DNA of 64,000 nt from an uncultured Actinomycetota bacterium. Lineage in GTDB: Bacteria > Actinomycetota > Actinomycetes > JAFAQI01. Shown here one piece after another: positions 1-12,936 of this stretch. The stretch's first letter is position 1, and each line of letters opens with the position of its first letter. The stretch is taken from the NCBI GenBank assembly GCA_963770565.1, contig CAVYQE010000011.1, positions 256,001 through 320,000 on the forward strand. Direction: 5' to 3'. Under the pieces are notes generated by a model. The model was not told the DNA's origin, searched no databases, and saw only the letters and a list, made by a program, of their open reading frames with translations. The position numbers and the translations under genes are program-made.

Positions 1-297
1 TTCTCGGTCTACATCGGCGGGGCAACCGGCGACATCCGCGATGAGGCCGAGCGGCTGCACGCGTCCTTCGGCGCTGCGGCCGGCGAGACGGTCTTGGTGC
101 TGGTCTCGCCCGGCGATCGCCTGCTGGAGATCGTCACGGGCGCGGCGTCGGCCCGACGGGTGTCCGATCGCGCGTGCGCACTGGCCGCGTTGTCGATGAC
201 GACGTCGTTCGCCGGCGGAGACCTCGTCGGTGGCATCGTCACCGGCGTACGGATGCTGGCCGAGGCGGCCGGCCAGCCGCTCGGCGTGGCTCGCTGA
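1..297 (+). CDS. DUF5130/TPM-like protein, 5' end outside the window
   Basis: Frame 1 open from base 1 (FSVYIG...LEIVTG...LSMTTSFAGGDLVGG); this family typically lies next to pepN in actinobacteria. Confidence 0.75.
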   Translation, partial: FSVYIGGATGDIRDEAERLHASFGAAAGETVLVLVSPGDRLLEIVTGAASARRVSDRACALAALSMTTSFAGGDLVGGIVTGVRMLAEAAGQPLGVAR

Positions 298-362
298 GGC
301 TGTCACTCGCGCCCGGCGCGCCCCGCCGCTGCACCCGCGGCTAGGCGCCGGTTGGTGAAAGA

Positions 363-1589
363 GTGTCCAGTGTGAGCGAGAAGGTCTCGGCCACGGACGC
401 GGGATCGGCGGTCGCACGTTCACCGATGCCGGTGCCGCCGCTGCTTCGCGATCTCGCGGGCTGGGCCTGGCGGCTGCTCGTGCTTGCGCTGGCGGGCTAT
501 CTCGCCGTACAGCTGTTCGACCGCTTGGTCTTCATCGTGCTGCCCTTCTTCGCGGCGCTGTTCGCGACCTCGCTGGCCTATCCGGTCGTGCGGTTCCTTC
601 GCAGTCGTGGGCTGCGCCCGCTTGCCGCCGCCTGGATCACCGTCATCCTTGCCATCGCAATTCTCGGCGGGATCGCGATCTTCGTCGTCGACCGGGCGGT
701 CGCTGAATACCCCGAGCTGGTCAAGCAGGTCACCACTGCAGTGACGAACTTCCGCCACTTCCTCACCGTCGACCTGCATGTGAAGTCCTCGTCGACGTCG
801 AGTATCGGCAACACGATCACGACCTACCTCAACAAGCACCAGACGTCAGTCGCCTCGAACGCACTCACCGGCATTGCGACGGTGGCCGAGGCTTTCGCCG
901 CCCTCGTGCTGTGCTTCTTCTTGACGTTTTTCATGCTGTACGACGGGCACCGGATCTGGCACTGGGTGGTCGGGCTGTTTCCCGTCACCGCCCGGGACCG
1001 GGTGCACGGCGCCGGCCTGCAGGCATGGGACCGGCTGGCCGGATTCGTGCGGGGCACCTTTGTCATTGCGGTCATTCACGCGGTCGTCGCGGCGATCTCG
1101 TTGAGCATCCTGCGGGTGCCGCTCGTCGCGCCGTTGACGCTGTTGATCTTCGTCGGGAGCTTCCTGCCGATCGTCGGCTCGATCATCTTCGGCTCGCTCG
1201 CGGTCGTGATCACGGTGGTCACCCGCGGCACTGCGCTGGGGCTCGTGTTGGCCGGGATCCTCATCGTCGACAACCAGGTCGAAGCGCATTACCTGCAACC
1301 GATCCTGGTCGGTCGATACGTGCGCCTGCACCCGATGGCGGTAGCGGTGGCGATCGCCGGTGGCGGCGTGCTCGAGGGCATCCCCGGCGCGGTGATCGCC
1401 GTACCGTTCGTCGCCGTGGTCTACGCCGTGCTGCGGTACCTCGCGACCGGTGAGGATCAGACCCGTCATGGCGTGGCCGCCGACGGTGCAGCGGCCAGCG
1501 CGGGCTTGCCGTCGGACGCTGACTCGGACCCACCGGGCGCGGACGTCGATCTGGTCCCGGAGGCGTCGGGGGAGCCAGAGCCCGGCTAG
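363..1589 (+). CDS. AI-2E family transporter (PerM/UPF0118)
   Basis: Multi-TM protein with GSFLPIVGS and YLQPILVGRYVRLHP motifs. Confidence 0.9.
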   Translation: MSSVSEKVSATDAGSAVARSPMPVPPLLRDLAGWAWRLLVLALAGYLAVQLFDRLVFIVLPFFAALFATSLAYPVVRFLRSRGLRPLAAAWITVILAIAILGGIAIFVVDRAVAEYPELVKQVTTAVTNFRHFLTVDLHVKSSSTSSIGNTITTYLNKHQTSVASNALTGIATVAEAFAALVLCFFLTFFMLYDGHRIWHWVVGLFPVTARDRVHGAGLQAWDRLAGFVRGTFVIAVIHAVVAAISLSILRVPLVAPLTLLIFVGSFLPIVGSIIFGSLAVVITVVTRGTALGLVLAGILIVDNQVEAHYLQPILVGRYVRLHPMAVAVAIAGGGVLEGIPGAVIAVPFVAVVYAVLRYLATGEDQTRHGVAADGAAASAGLPSDADSDPPGADVDLVPEASGEPEPG

Positions 1590-1676
1590 TCGCACAGTGG
1601 CGAGCGGCGCCGTGCCCGTCCACAGGGTCAGCCCCGGGTGGCAGAACCTGTCGGGGCTGGGTCGGATCCTGGCAGC

Positions 1677-2685
1677 ATGTCCAGCCGATCCCGCCGCCGC
1701 TGCGTGGCTCTTGCGGTCCTCCTCGTCGTTCCGCTGCTCGCCTGGCGCACCGCGGGTCACGAGCATGCGGCCGTCGCGGCCGTCCTGCCCGTCGCCGAGC
1801 CGCTCGGTGCCGCGGGCGACGCCCTGGTCGTCGAGCCCGACGCCGGGCTGGCGCCGGTCTATCGCTGGCTGTCGTCGGCTCGTCGATCGCTGGACCTGAC
1901 GATGTATGAGCTGGCCGACCCGACCGCGGAGTCCTTGCTCGCCGACGAGGCGGCTCGCGGAGTCCGGGTGCGGGTGGTGCTCGACGGCCGGCTCGAGCGA
2001 GTCCGCAACCAGTCCGCGTACGCCTTCCTGCGGGCGCGTGGAGCTGACGTGGCGTGGTCGTCGTCGCGTTACTTCGCGACGCACGAGAAGGCGTTCGTGA
2101 TCGACGACTCGACGGCGGTGATCATGTCGCTCAACCTCACCGAGCGTTACTACGCCACTTCTCGCGACGTGGCGGTCGTCGACCACGACCGCCGGGACGT
2201 CGCCGCGATCGAGTCGGTCTTCGAGGCCGACTTTCACGGCCGTTCGACCGGTACGCCGGCCGCCGATGACCTGGTCTGGAGTCCGGTCCAGTCGCAAGCC
2301 GATCTGCTCGCCCTCATCAACGGCGCACGGCGCAGCATCGCGGTCGAATCGGAGGAGATGAGTAGCGGGTCAGTCGTCCAAGCGCTGGTTGCGGCCGCTC
2401 GCCGCGGCGTCGCGGTGACGGTGGCGATGACGTACAGCCCGGACTGGGTGACTGCGCTCGACGCGATCTCCGCAGCCGGGGGAGTCGTCAGCGTGATGCA
2501 CGGCGAATCGCCGTTGTATATCCACGCCAAGCTGCTCGCGATCGACACCGGAGGCCCGCAGGCTCGCGGGTTCGTCGGGTCGGAGAACCTGTCGAACGCC
2601 TCGCTGCTGCACGACCGCGAGCTCGGCGTCGTCCTGGTTGCGCCGCGCCTGGTCGATCAGGTTGCCGCGATCGTCGGCCGCGACG

Positions 2686-2711
<26 letters not shown>
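1677..2711 (+). CDS. Secreted phospholipase D-like protein with two HKD motifs
   Basis: HEKAFVID and HAKLLAID...GSENL motifs, N-terminal signal peptide; 3' end overlaps the pepN 3' end. Confidence 0.85.
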
Positions 2712-5232
<2,521 letters not shown>

Positions 5233-5271
5233 GAGTGTGCCATGTTGCCCGGAGCGTCTAGACTTATTGCA

Positions 5272-5874
5272 ATGGCAACTATCGCTGACTTCTGGTTCGA
5301 CCCGCTGTGTCCGTGGGCGTGGATCACCTCACGCTGGATGCTCGAGGTCGAGAAGGTCCGGGACGTGCAGACCCGATGGCACGTCATGAGCCTGACCATC
5401 CTCAACCGCGATCGCGATCTGTCGGAGGACTACCGCAAGCGGATGGAGCAGGCGATCGGCTCGGTGCGGGTCTGCATCGCGGCTGAGCAGGCTCATGGTT
5501 CCGAGGTGCTGCTCCCGCTCTACACCGCGCTCGGCAATCGCTTCCATCTCGAGAAGCTCCCGAACGAGCGCGCGACGATCGAGGCGGCACTCGCCGAGGC
5601 CGGACTGCCGGTCACGCTGGCCGGTGCCATGGACGACCCGTCGTACGACGAGGCCCTCGCGCGTTCGCACCATGAGGGCATGGACCCGGTTGGCGACGAC
5701 GTCGGCACCCCGGTCATCCACATCGACGGCGCTCCGATCTTCGGTCCGGTCGTGACCCCGATCCCGCGGGGCGAGGTCGCCGGCCGGCTCTGGGACGGCG
5801 TGGTGCTGGTGACCGGCGTACCAGGCTTCTACGAGCTCAAGCGGACGAGGGACCAGCGCCCGGCCTTCGACTGA
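5272..5874 (+). CDS. DsbA-like mycothiol-dependent reductase (Rv2466c family)
   Basis: DFWFDPLCPWAWITSRW, VGTP and FYELKRTR motifs; divergent from pepN as in other actinobacteria. Confidence 0.92.
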   Translation: MATIADFWFDPLCPWAWITSRWMLEVEKVRDVQTRWHVMSLTILNRDRDLSEDYRKRMEQAIGSVRVCIAAEQAHGSEVLLPLYTALGNRFHLEKLPNERATIEAALAEAGLPVTLAGAMDDPSYDEALARSHHEGMDPVGDDVGTPVIHIDGAPIFGPVVTPIPRGEVAGRLWDGVVLVTGVPGFYELKRTRDQRPAFD

Positions 5875-5932
5875 TCGCGGAGCGCCGCCATGATGTGAGC
5901 GGCGCGGTCGGCCGACTGCCCGTTGAGCGGAG

Positions 5933-6235
5933 GTGACCGTCATGGTCATCATCACCGGCACCATCACGGCGTCCGAAGAGACGATCGAGGAACTCTTGGC
6001 GCAGAGCCTCGAGCACGTCCACCGGTCTCGCGCGGAGCCGGGCTGCTTGTCGCACGGCGTCTCGCGCGACGTCGAGAACCCGCTGCGGCTGATCTTCGTC
6101 GAGCAGTGGGCCGATATGGCGGCGGTCAGGCAGCATTTCGCGGTGCCCGAGTCGGTGGCCTTCGGCCGGGCTGCGTCCGCGCTGGGATCCGCGCCGCCGA
6201 CCCTCGAGGTGTTCGAGGCAACGCCGGCGTCGTAG
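5933..6235 (+). CDS. Antibiotic biosynthesis monooxygenase (ABM)/quinol monooxygenase family
   Basis: SRAEPGCLSH...FVEQWAD...HF pattern, 100 aa. Confidence 0.85.
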   Translation: MTVMVIITGTITASEETIEELLAQSLEHVHRSRAEPGCLSHGVSRDVENPLRLIFVEQWADMAAVRQHFAVPESVAFGRAASALGSAPPTLEVFEATPAS

Positions 6236-6272
6236 CCGGTCCGCGGTGCGAGCGTGGCACTAACGTGACGGC

Positions 6273-6788
6273 ATGCGCGCGCTGCTGCTGACCGGCCAGT
6301 TCGGCGCCGGCAAGACCGCGGTGGCCGCCGAGGTCGCTCACCAACTCGGGCAGCGCGGGTTGCGCAACGCCGCGATCGACCTCGACTGGCTGTGCTGGAC
6401 GGGTCCCGACCTGTCCGACGACGACTTCGCCGATCTGCTCCGGCGCAATCTGCACGACGTCGCGGCCAACCTGGTCGGGGCCGGCGTCGAGTCGCTGGTC
6501 ATGGCGCGCGCACTCACCGGTCGGGCCGACCGCCAGCTGGTGGAGGATGCGTTGCCACCCGGCACTTCGCTGTCGGTGGTGCGGCTCCTGGTCGATGACG
6601 CCACCGCACGTGATCGCGTCCTCGGCCGCGACGTCGGGTTGGAGCTCGACGAGCTGATCGCCGAGGGCGAAGGTTTCGCGCGCGCGGTCGCGAGCGCGGC
6701 GGTCGAGGACCACGACGTCGACAACAGCGGCGGCCGAAGCATCGGCGAGGTCGCAATCGAGGTGCGCACCGTCTGCGGCTGGATCTAA
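6273..6788 (+). CDS. P-loop kinase-like protein
   Basis: Walker A GQFGAGKT and IDLDWL. Confidence 0.75.
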   Translation: MRALLLTGQFGAGKTAVAAEVAHQLGQRGLRNAAIDLDWLCWTGPDLSDDDFADLLRRNLHDVAANLVGAGVESLVMARALTGRADRQLVEDALPPGTSLSVVRLLVDDATARDRVLGRDVGLELDELIAEGEGFARAVASAAVEDHDVDNSGGRSIGEVAIEVRTVCGWI

Positions 6789-6849
6789 GGCCGTGGGTTT
6801 TCAGCCTCAGCGGGGCGGTTGCGACTGGCCTGCGACCGGCGTGCATCGC

Positions 6850-7722
6850 TCACTCCCCGAGCGCGGCGCGCAGTTGACGCATCCAAGCCAGCGCCATGGC
6901 GCGTCCGTTCGGGAGATCGTCACCGGGTTCGAGACGCCACGCACTGACCATGGCGAGCATGAGGATCCAGCACTCATGGACAAGCGATTGATCGGCCCCG
7001 GTGTAGTGCGCGGCGACCTCCGTCGGTGGCGCCCCGGCGTTGATGGCCGCATGGGCAACGTCGAACTCAATCGGCCCGCGGCAGCACGTCTCCAGGTCGA
7101 CGAAGAGCAGGCCGTCCCTCGTCCTGAGCATGTTGCCCGGGTGCGGCTCGCCGTGCAGAAGCTGTTCGGGCGCGCGTCGGACGACGATGGCGCTTCTCGT
7201 CCGTTGCAGCGTCCTGGCGAGCAGGTCGCGGTCAGGATCGTCGATCCACGGGTGGTTGGTGGCGTTGTCGACCAGGCGCTGCGCCTCGTCGACGCGATCG
7301 GTGAAGTGCGGCAGCGAGTCGCCGGTTGGGCCTGCCAGCCGCATGCCGGCGTGCAATCGTTCGAGCGCGCTCGCGTATTCGTGCGGCGCGATGTCGTGCG
7401 GCGGCACGGTTTCGTAGTAGGTCCACAGCGTGACGGCGAAGTCGCCCTGCGCATAGACAAGCGGCTCGACCCGAGGATCGAGGGGCGCCACCGGGGCGCC
7501 GATCCCAGCAAGGCGCCGAGCGACCTCGACCTCGAACTCGGCTCCGTTGTGCCGGTCCCGGCGCGCAACGCGAGCGAGTACGTCGCACGGCCGAAGGTGT
7601 ACCGCGAGCCGGTTCGAATCGTGCACCACGACCGCGTCATCGACGCGCAGGCTGCAGGTGGCGGCTACCGCCGTGCCCGCGGCCACTGCCCGCGGACGAG
7701 TCGCTGCATCCACGGCGGGCAC
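6850..7722 (-). CDS. Aminoglycoside phosphotransferase (APH) family protein
   Basis: LLHGEPHPGN and VDLET...GPIEFD motifs. Confidence 0.85.
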   Translation of the reverse strand: MPAVDAATRPRAVAAGTAVAATCSLRVDDAVVVHDSNRLAVHLRPCDVLARVARRDRHNGAEFEVEVARRLAGIGAPVAPLDPRVEPLVYAQGDFAVTLWTYYETVPPHDIAPHEYASALERLHAGMRLAGPTGDSLPHFTDRVDEAQRLVDNATNHPWIDDPDRDLLARTLQRTRSAIVVRRAPEQLLHGEPHPGNMLRTRDGLLFVDLETCCRGPIEFDVAHAAINAGAPPTEVAAHYTGADQSLVHECWILMLAMVSAWRLEPGDDLPNGRAMALAWMRQLRAALGE

Positions 7723-7859
7723 TCTAAGGGGAGGCGCGGGTGGACGGGTCGGGTGTCTCGGTCACGACCGGTTCGTTCTGGACCTGCCGGACTGTCCTAG
7801 GCCCTCGGCATACTTGGCGCGCCGTCGGGCAACGCCGCGGCCCCGACTTGAGGAATCCC

Positions 7860-8315
7860 ATGGCTGTCCGCTACCAGCTCGTCATCAATTGCGTCGGCCA
7901 CCCGGAGTCGCTGGCCCGCTTCTGGGCCGAGGCCCTTGGCTACGTGCTGGAGCCGCCGCCGGCCGACTTCGCCAGCTGGGACGATTGGCGGCGCGAGATC
8001 GGACTGCCCGAGTCCTGGCGGGGCAGGGGGACGGACTGCATCATCGATCCGGATGGCGCCGGCCCCCGGATCTGGATCCAGGTCGTGCCCGACCGAAAGA
8101 CCACGAGCAATCGGCTCCACATCGACATCCACGCCAGCGGCGGTCGAGACCTCCCGATCCAGACCCGCAAGAAGCGCGTGGACGCCGAAGCCCTGCGGCT
8201 GTGTGATCTCGGCGCCACGCTGCTCAGCGACCTGAGCGAGGAATTCGAGGAGGGTGTGGACCACTACGCGGTTGCACTGAAGGACCCCGAGGGCAACGAG
8301 TTCGACATCAACTGA
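7860..8315 (+). CDS. VOC/glyoxalase family protein
   Basis: LARFWAEALGY, NRLHIDI, DPEGNEF. Confidence 0.9.
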   Translation: MAVRYQLVINCVGHPESLARFWAEALGYVLEPPPADFASWDDWRREIGLPESWRGRGTDCIIDPDGAGPRIWIQVVPDRKTTSNRLHIDIHASGGRDLPIQTRKKRVDAEALRLCDLGATLLSDLSEEFEEGVDHYAVALKDPEGNEFDIN

Positions 8316-8384
8316 CGGACGCCCTAGGAGAGGATGGAGATCTCGTCGGTGACGACGACTCGGGCTTGAACCGTAGGAGGGCGT

Positions 8385-9038
8385 GTGTCGCTTGTTCGGG
8401 TCCACAACTTCTCGGTGTCGCTCGATGGTTTCGGCACCGGCGAAGGGCAAAGCTTCGAAGCCCCCTTCGGGCACGCTGCCACCAGGCTCCACGAGTGGTT
8501 CTTTCCGACCCGGACCTTCCATGCCATGCAAGGGCAGCCGGGCGGAAGCAGGGGCATCGACGATGCCTTCGCCACCCAGTGGGGACCTGGGATCGGCGCG
8601 GAGATCATGGGGCGCAACAAGTTCGGGTACCAGCGCGGACCCTGGGCCGACGAGGAGTGGCAGGGCTGGTGGGGCGACAACCCGCCGTTCCATACGCCCG
8701 TCGTGGTGCTCACTCACCACGTCAGGCCCCCGCTCGAAATGCAGGGCGGGACGACTTTCCACTTCGTTGACGCGGGCCCTGCCGAAGCTCTTGACCTTGC
8801 ACGCAAGCTGGCCGGTGACCTCGACGTGCGGATCGGCGGAGGACCATCGACGATCCGCCAGTTCCTCGCCGCCGACCAGATCGACCATATGCACATCGCA
8901 GTCGTACCGATCGTCCTCGGGCGCGGAGAACGGCTGTGGGATGAGTTCGAAGACCTCGAGCGGCGCTTCACCATCGAGGCGGTCGCTTCACCTAGCGGCG
9001 TCATCCACCTCACATTCACGCGCACATCAGGGGAGTAG
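8385..9038 (+). CDS. Dihydrofolate reductase/RibD C-terminal domain protein
   Basis: SLDGF, IMGRNKF, IGGG and PIVLGRG motifs. Confidence 0.9.
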   Translation: MSLVRVHNFSVSLDGFGTGEGQSFEAPFGHAATRLHEWFFPTRTFHAMQGQPGGSRGIDDAFATQWGPGIGAEIMGRNKFGYQRGPWADEEWQGWWGDNPPFHTPVVVLTHHVRPPLEMQGGTTFHFVDAGPAEALDLARKLAGDLDVRIGGGPSTIRQFLAADQIDHMHIAVVPIVLGRGERLWDEFEDLERRFTIEAVASPSGVIHLTFTRTSGE

Positions 9039-9130
9039 CTCTCGTACGCCGTTTCGAGTACCCCGGCACTGGCTGACACTGCTGGCAGCGCACAAACCGT
9101 TCGGTAGCGCCGGACACTACGCTCACGACC

Positions 9131-10558
9131 ATGAGTCACGAGACCAACCACCAGCGGGACGCGATCTACATCGACGGGCAGTGGGTAGCCTCCTCGGGAA
9201 GCGAGCGGATCGACGTCGAGAACCCGGCGACCGAGCAGATCATCGGTCACGTTCCCTCGGGTACGCCGGCCGATGTCGACCGCGCTGTCGCCGCGGCCCG
9301 CGCCGCCTTCGACGGGTGGGCGGCGACCAGTCCGGAGGAACGCGGCAAGTACCTCTCGCGGCTGCACGACGCGCTGGCGTCGCGGCAGGAGGAGATCGCG
9401 CTGACCATCCTGGCCGAGATGGGGGCGCCGCTGAAGCTCGCGCAGGCGGTGCAGGCCGGGCTCCCGCTCGCCGATATCGCGACCGCCGCAAGCCTCGCGA
9501 CATCGATCGCCTGGACCGAGCAGATCGGCAACTCGACGGTCGTACACGAGCCGGTCGGCGTGGTCGGCGCGATCACTCCGTGGAACTACCCGCTGCACCA
9601 GGTCACCGCGAAGCTCGCCTATGCCCTCGCGGCTGGGTGCACCGTTGTCCTGAAGCCGAGCGAGGTCGCTCCGCTTTGCTCGTACCTGTTCTTCGACGCG
9701 ATCCACGAGGTCGGGCTGCCGCCCGGAGTCGTCAACCTGGTGCCCGGCTACGGCCCGACCGTCGGCGAGGCGATCGCGTCTCACCCCGACATCGACATGG
9801 TGTCGTTCACCGGTTCGACCCGGGCCGGCACCCGGGTGGCGGAGCTCGGCGCGGCGACGGTCAAGAAGGTCGCGCTCGAGCTCGGCGGCAAGAGCGCGAA
9901 CGTGATCCTCCCCGACGCCGACCTGAAGCGTGCGGTGAAGGTCGGGCTCGGCAACTGCTTCCTGAACTCCGGCCAGACCTGCACGGCGTGGACCCGGATG
10001 CTGGTCAGCGACGGCCAGTACGACGAGGCGGTGCAGCTCGCGATGGAGTCGGCGGCCGGCTACCTGACCGGTGATCCGCTCGATCCGGCCACCCGGCTCG
10101 GCCCGCTGGTGTCCGCGACCCAGCACGAGCGGGTCGCCGGCTACATCGACAAGGGCGTCGCCGAGGGCGCCCGGCTCGTGGTCGGCGGCAGCGACCGGCC
10201 GCACGAGCGCGGTCACTTCGTCGCCGCGACCGTGTTCGCCGACGTGACCACCGACATGACGATCGCGCAGGAGGAGATCTTCGGCCCGGTGCTGTCGATC
10301 CTCCGCTACTCGAACGAGGACGAGGCGCTCGCGATCGCCAACGACTCGGTCTATGGCCTGGCCGGGGCGGTCTGGTCGGGCGACCAGGACCGGGCGACCG
10401 CCTTCGCCCGCCGGATGCGCACCGGCCAGGTCGACATCAACGGCGGCTCGTTCAACCCGGCTGCGCCGTTCGGCGGCTACAAGCGATCAGGCGTCGGGCG
10501 CGAGCTCGGCCGCTATGGCATCGAGGAGTTCCTCCAGCCGAAGTCGCTCCAGTTCTGA
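9131..10558 (+). CDS. Aldehyde dehydrogenase
   Basis: ITPWNYP, FTGS, LELGGK, GQTC, EEIFGP. Confidence 0.96.
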   Translation: MSHETNHQRDAIYIDGQWVASSGSERIDVENPATEQIIGHVPSGTPADVDRAVAAARAAFDGWAATSPEERGKYLSRLHDALASRQEEIALTILAEMGAPLKLAQAVQAGLPLADIATAASLATSIAWTEQIGNSTVVHEPVGVVGAITPWNYPLHQVTAKLAYALAAGCTVVLKPSEVAPLCSYLFFDAIHEVGLPPGVVNLVPGYGPTVGEAIASHPDIDMVSFTGSTRAGTRVAELGAATVKKVALELGGKSANVILPDADLKRAVKVGLGNCFLNSGQTCTAWTRMLVSDGQYDEAVQLAMESAAGYLTGDPLDPATRLGPLVSATQHERVAGYIDKGVAEGARLVVGGSDRPHERGHFVAATVFADVTTDMTIAQEEIFGPVLSILRYSNEDEALAIANDSVYGLAGAVWSGDQDRATAFARRMRTGQVDINGGSFNPAAPFGGYKRSGVGRELGRYGIEEFLQPKSLQF

Positions 10559-10580
10559 GCTGCCGCGATACTGACTGACC

Positions 10581-11072
10581 ATGCGCGTCTACATCGGGTC
10601 CGACCACGCCGGGTTCGACCTCAAGGGCCGGCTGGTCGCCCGACTGACCGAACTCGGCCACGAGCCGGTCGACTGCGGCCCAGCTGGGTACGACGACCAG
10701 GACGACTACCCGCCGTACTGCCTGCTGACCGCGAGCCGAGTGGTCGCCGATCCGGGCAGCCTGGGCATCGTGATCGGCGGCTCGGGCAACGGCGAGGCGA
10801 TGGCCGCCAACAAGGTGCGCGGGGCGCGGTGTGCGCTCGCGTTCAGCGACGAGACCGCCCGGCTCGGCCGCGAGCACAACAACGCGAACGTGCTGAGCCT
10901 GGGCGCCCGGATGTACGACGAGGACACTGCGGTCCGTTATGCGGAGATCTTCGTGTCGACGCCCTTCAGCGACGCTGAGCGGCACAACCGCCGGCTCGCC
11001 CTGCTCGCCGGCTACGAGGCCTCTGGCGTCCTGCCGCCGCGGCCGGAGGACGTCGCCGACGGCGGGCGGTAG
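10581..11072 (+). CDS. rpiB: Ribose-5-phosphate isomerase B
   Basis: GSDHAG, DDYP, GGSGNGE, EHNNAN. Confidence 0.95.
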   Translation: MRVYIGSDHAGFDLKGRLVARLTELGHEPVDCGPAGYDDQDDYPPYCLLTASRVVADPGSLGIVIGGSGNGEAMAANKVRGARCALAFSDETARLGREHNNANVLSLGARMYDEDTAVRYAEIFVSTPFSDAERHNRRLALLAGYEASGVLPPRPEDVADGGR

Positions 11073-11200
11073 GCCACCACGACCTCCCGCTCCGCGCGCT
11101 CAAGATCGTCTTCGGCGCGCCGGGAGACGTCGCGGGCCCTCATCGCGGCGCCGATCGCGACCTGCGAGATGTGGTCGGCGAAATACCCACTTGCCGTCAT
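11012..11200 (-). CDS. Small hypothetical protein
   Basis: ATG start; MRARDVSR..EDDLERAERE resembles small actinobacterial proteins recalled from this neighbourhood; overlaps the rpiB 3' end. Confidence 0.45.
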   Translation of the reverse strand: MTASGYFADHISQVAIGAAMRARDVSRRAEDDLERAEREVVVAYRPPSATSSGRGGRTPEAS

Positions 11201-11256
11201 TCGTCCACGTTAGGACCTGACGCAAGGCCTGCTTCGACCGTTAGTGTCGCGATGTT

Positions 11257-12363
11257 ATGGGGCAACCGGAGACCGTCGGACCCGGCCCGATCACGCGGGC
11301 GCGCCGCTGGCTCGGCCTGTTCGCCGCTCCGGAATCGGTTCGAGGCAAGCGGATCGCGCTGCTCGCGCTGCTCGTGCTGACCGGCCTGTGCCTCGCCCTC
11401 AACGTCGCGATGAGCGCGGCGGCGTTCCCGGTGCTGACCCTGGTCGTCCCAGTGGTGTTCGGTGGCCTGCTGCTCGAGCCGCCGGCGCTGCTGGTCGAGT
11501 TCGCGGCGGCCTTGGGCGTCCTGATCGCGGAGAACGTGGGAGTCGGCAACGACCTGGTGCACCCAGGCGCTTACATCGTGATGGCGATCGTGGCCGGGAT
11601 CGCGTTCCAGCAGTCTTATGACCGCCGGCGGCTCGGGCTCTCGCTCGGGCGGGGCGAGCAGATGCTGCTGGAGTTGCGCGACCGGCTGCGCTCTCAAGGC
11701 GAGTTGCCGATCTTGCCATCAGGCTGGCGCGCCGAGGTCGAGCAACAGTCGGCGGGGGGCGCGAGCTTCGGTGGCGACTTCCTGGTCGCGACCATGACCG
11801 ACGGCGGCCGGTCGATGGAGCTCGCCCTCGTCGATGTGTCGGGCAAGGGCGTCGATGCCGGAACCCGGGCCCTGATGCTCTCCGGAGCGCTCGGCGGGTT
11901 GCTGGGCGCCGTACCGCCGCAGCGCTTCCTCGAGTCGGCGAACGAATACCTGCTGCGGCAGGAGTGGGGCGAAGGCTTTGCCACCGCGCTGCACTTGACG
12001 GTCGAGCTGTCCAGCGGTCGTTATCGGTTGAGCACAGCAGGGCACCCACCTGCGGTGCACTACGTGGGCGGCACCGGCCGGTGGGAGGTCGTCGAGCCGC
12101 AGGGGACCGTGCTCGGGCTGCTGCCGGACGCCGACTTCGGTTGGGTCGAAGGCGAGCTTCGCCCATACGACGCGTTGCTGCTCTACACCGACGGCGTCGT
12201 CGAGGTGCCCGGCCGCGATCTCGCGGTCGGTATCGACAAGCTGCTCGGCGCCGCGGAACGGCTGATCCCGCGCGGCTTCGACGGCGGCGCAGTCCGGCTC
12301 CTGCAGGACGTCGCATCGACCGCTACCGACGACCGCGCTCTCGTCCTCCTCTGGCGCACCTGA
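11257..12363 (+). CDS. PP2C/SpoIIE-family Ser/Thr phosphatase with N-terminal TM segments
   Basis: GGDF, DVSGKG, AGHPP, YTDG and DDRA motifs. Confidence 0.93.
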   Translation: MGQPETVGPGPITRARRWLGLFAAPESVRGKRIALLALLVLTGLCLALNVAMSAAAFPVLTLVVPVVFGGLLLEPPALLVEFAAALGVLIAENVGVGNDLVHPGAYIVMAIVAGIAFQQSYDRRRLGLSLGRGEQMLLELRDRLRSQGELPILPSGWRAEVEQQSAGGASFGGDFLVATMTDGGRSMELALVDVSGKGVDAGTRALMLSGALGGLLGAVPPQRFLESANEYLLRQEWGEGFATALHLTVELSSGRYRLSTAGHPPAVHYVGGTGRWEVVEPQGTVLGLLPDADFGWVEGELRPYDALLLYTDGVVEVPGRDLAVGIDKLLGAAERLIPRGFDGGAVRLLQDVASTATDDRALVLLWRT

Positions 12364-12486
12364 CTGCACCCAGAGCGGCTCTCGATGACGGCTCGTGAAT
12401 GGCCGGTACGCCGCCATGCGATCACGGCCTTCGACCGGACAAGTTCCACCAAGTGCGCACCGGTACGCCGGCCGCGACAGACCGGC

Positions 12487-12536
12487 TTGACAGACTGGGG
12501 AATCGCAATCATCATTCCACTAACCCATTAGTGGAA
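12487..12536 (+). promoter_or_regulatory. Promoter (TTGACA -35) and GntR/YtrA operator palindrome TTCCACTAA-N4-TTAGTGGAA
   Basis: TTGACA at 12487; perfect 9-bp inverted repeat 12515-12536 just before the GntR start. Confidence 0.75.
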
Positions 12537-12543
12537 GTGTGGA

Positions 12544-12936
12544 ATGATCGAGTTCTATCTGGATCCGTCTGCGGGCGTGGCGACGTACCTCCAGCTGGTG
12601 CAGCAGGTTCACCAGGCGCTGCAGTTGGGAGTGCTCGAGCCGGGCGATCGGTTGCCCACGGCACAGCAGGTCGTCGCGTCGCTCGCGATCAACCCCAATA
12701 CGGTGCTCAAGGCCTACCGCGATCTTGAGCGGGAAGGGCTCGTCCGGGCCCGCCCGGGTCTCGGGACCTTCGTCGTCGGACGGGTACCGGGGGCCGATCC
12801 GGTGGCCCAGGCCAAGTTCCGCAAGTCGATGACGGCGTGGTTGCGGTCGGCGCGAGCGGCCGGGCTCAGCGCTCAGGAGATCGAGGCGATCTATCGCACC
12901 GCAGTCCGGGACAGCCTGATCGAGGGCGTCGCATGA
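12544..12936 (+). CDS. GntR (YtrA subfamily) regulator
   Basis: PGDRLPT...INPNTVLKAYRDLE...GLGTFV. Confidence 0.93.
   Translation: MIEFYLDPSAGVATYLQLVQQVHQALQLGVLEPGDRLPTAQQVVASLAINPNTVLKAYRDLEREGLVRARPGLGTFVVGRVPGADPVAQAKFRKSMTAWLRSARAAGLSAQEIEAIYRTAVRDSLIEGVA

Noticed and set aside
846-2297. Long antisense or alternative-frame ORFs here and throughout (e.g. 8714-10216, 25914-27392)
   Set aside because: These are shadow ORFs of real genes, expected in high-GC DNA; they are Arg/Pro-rich and have no motifs.
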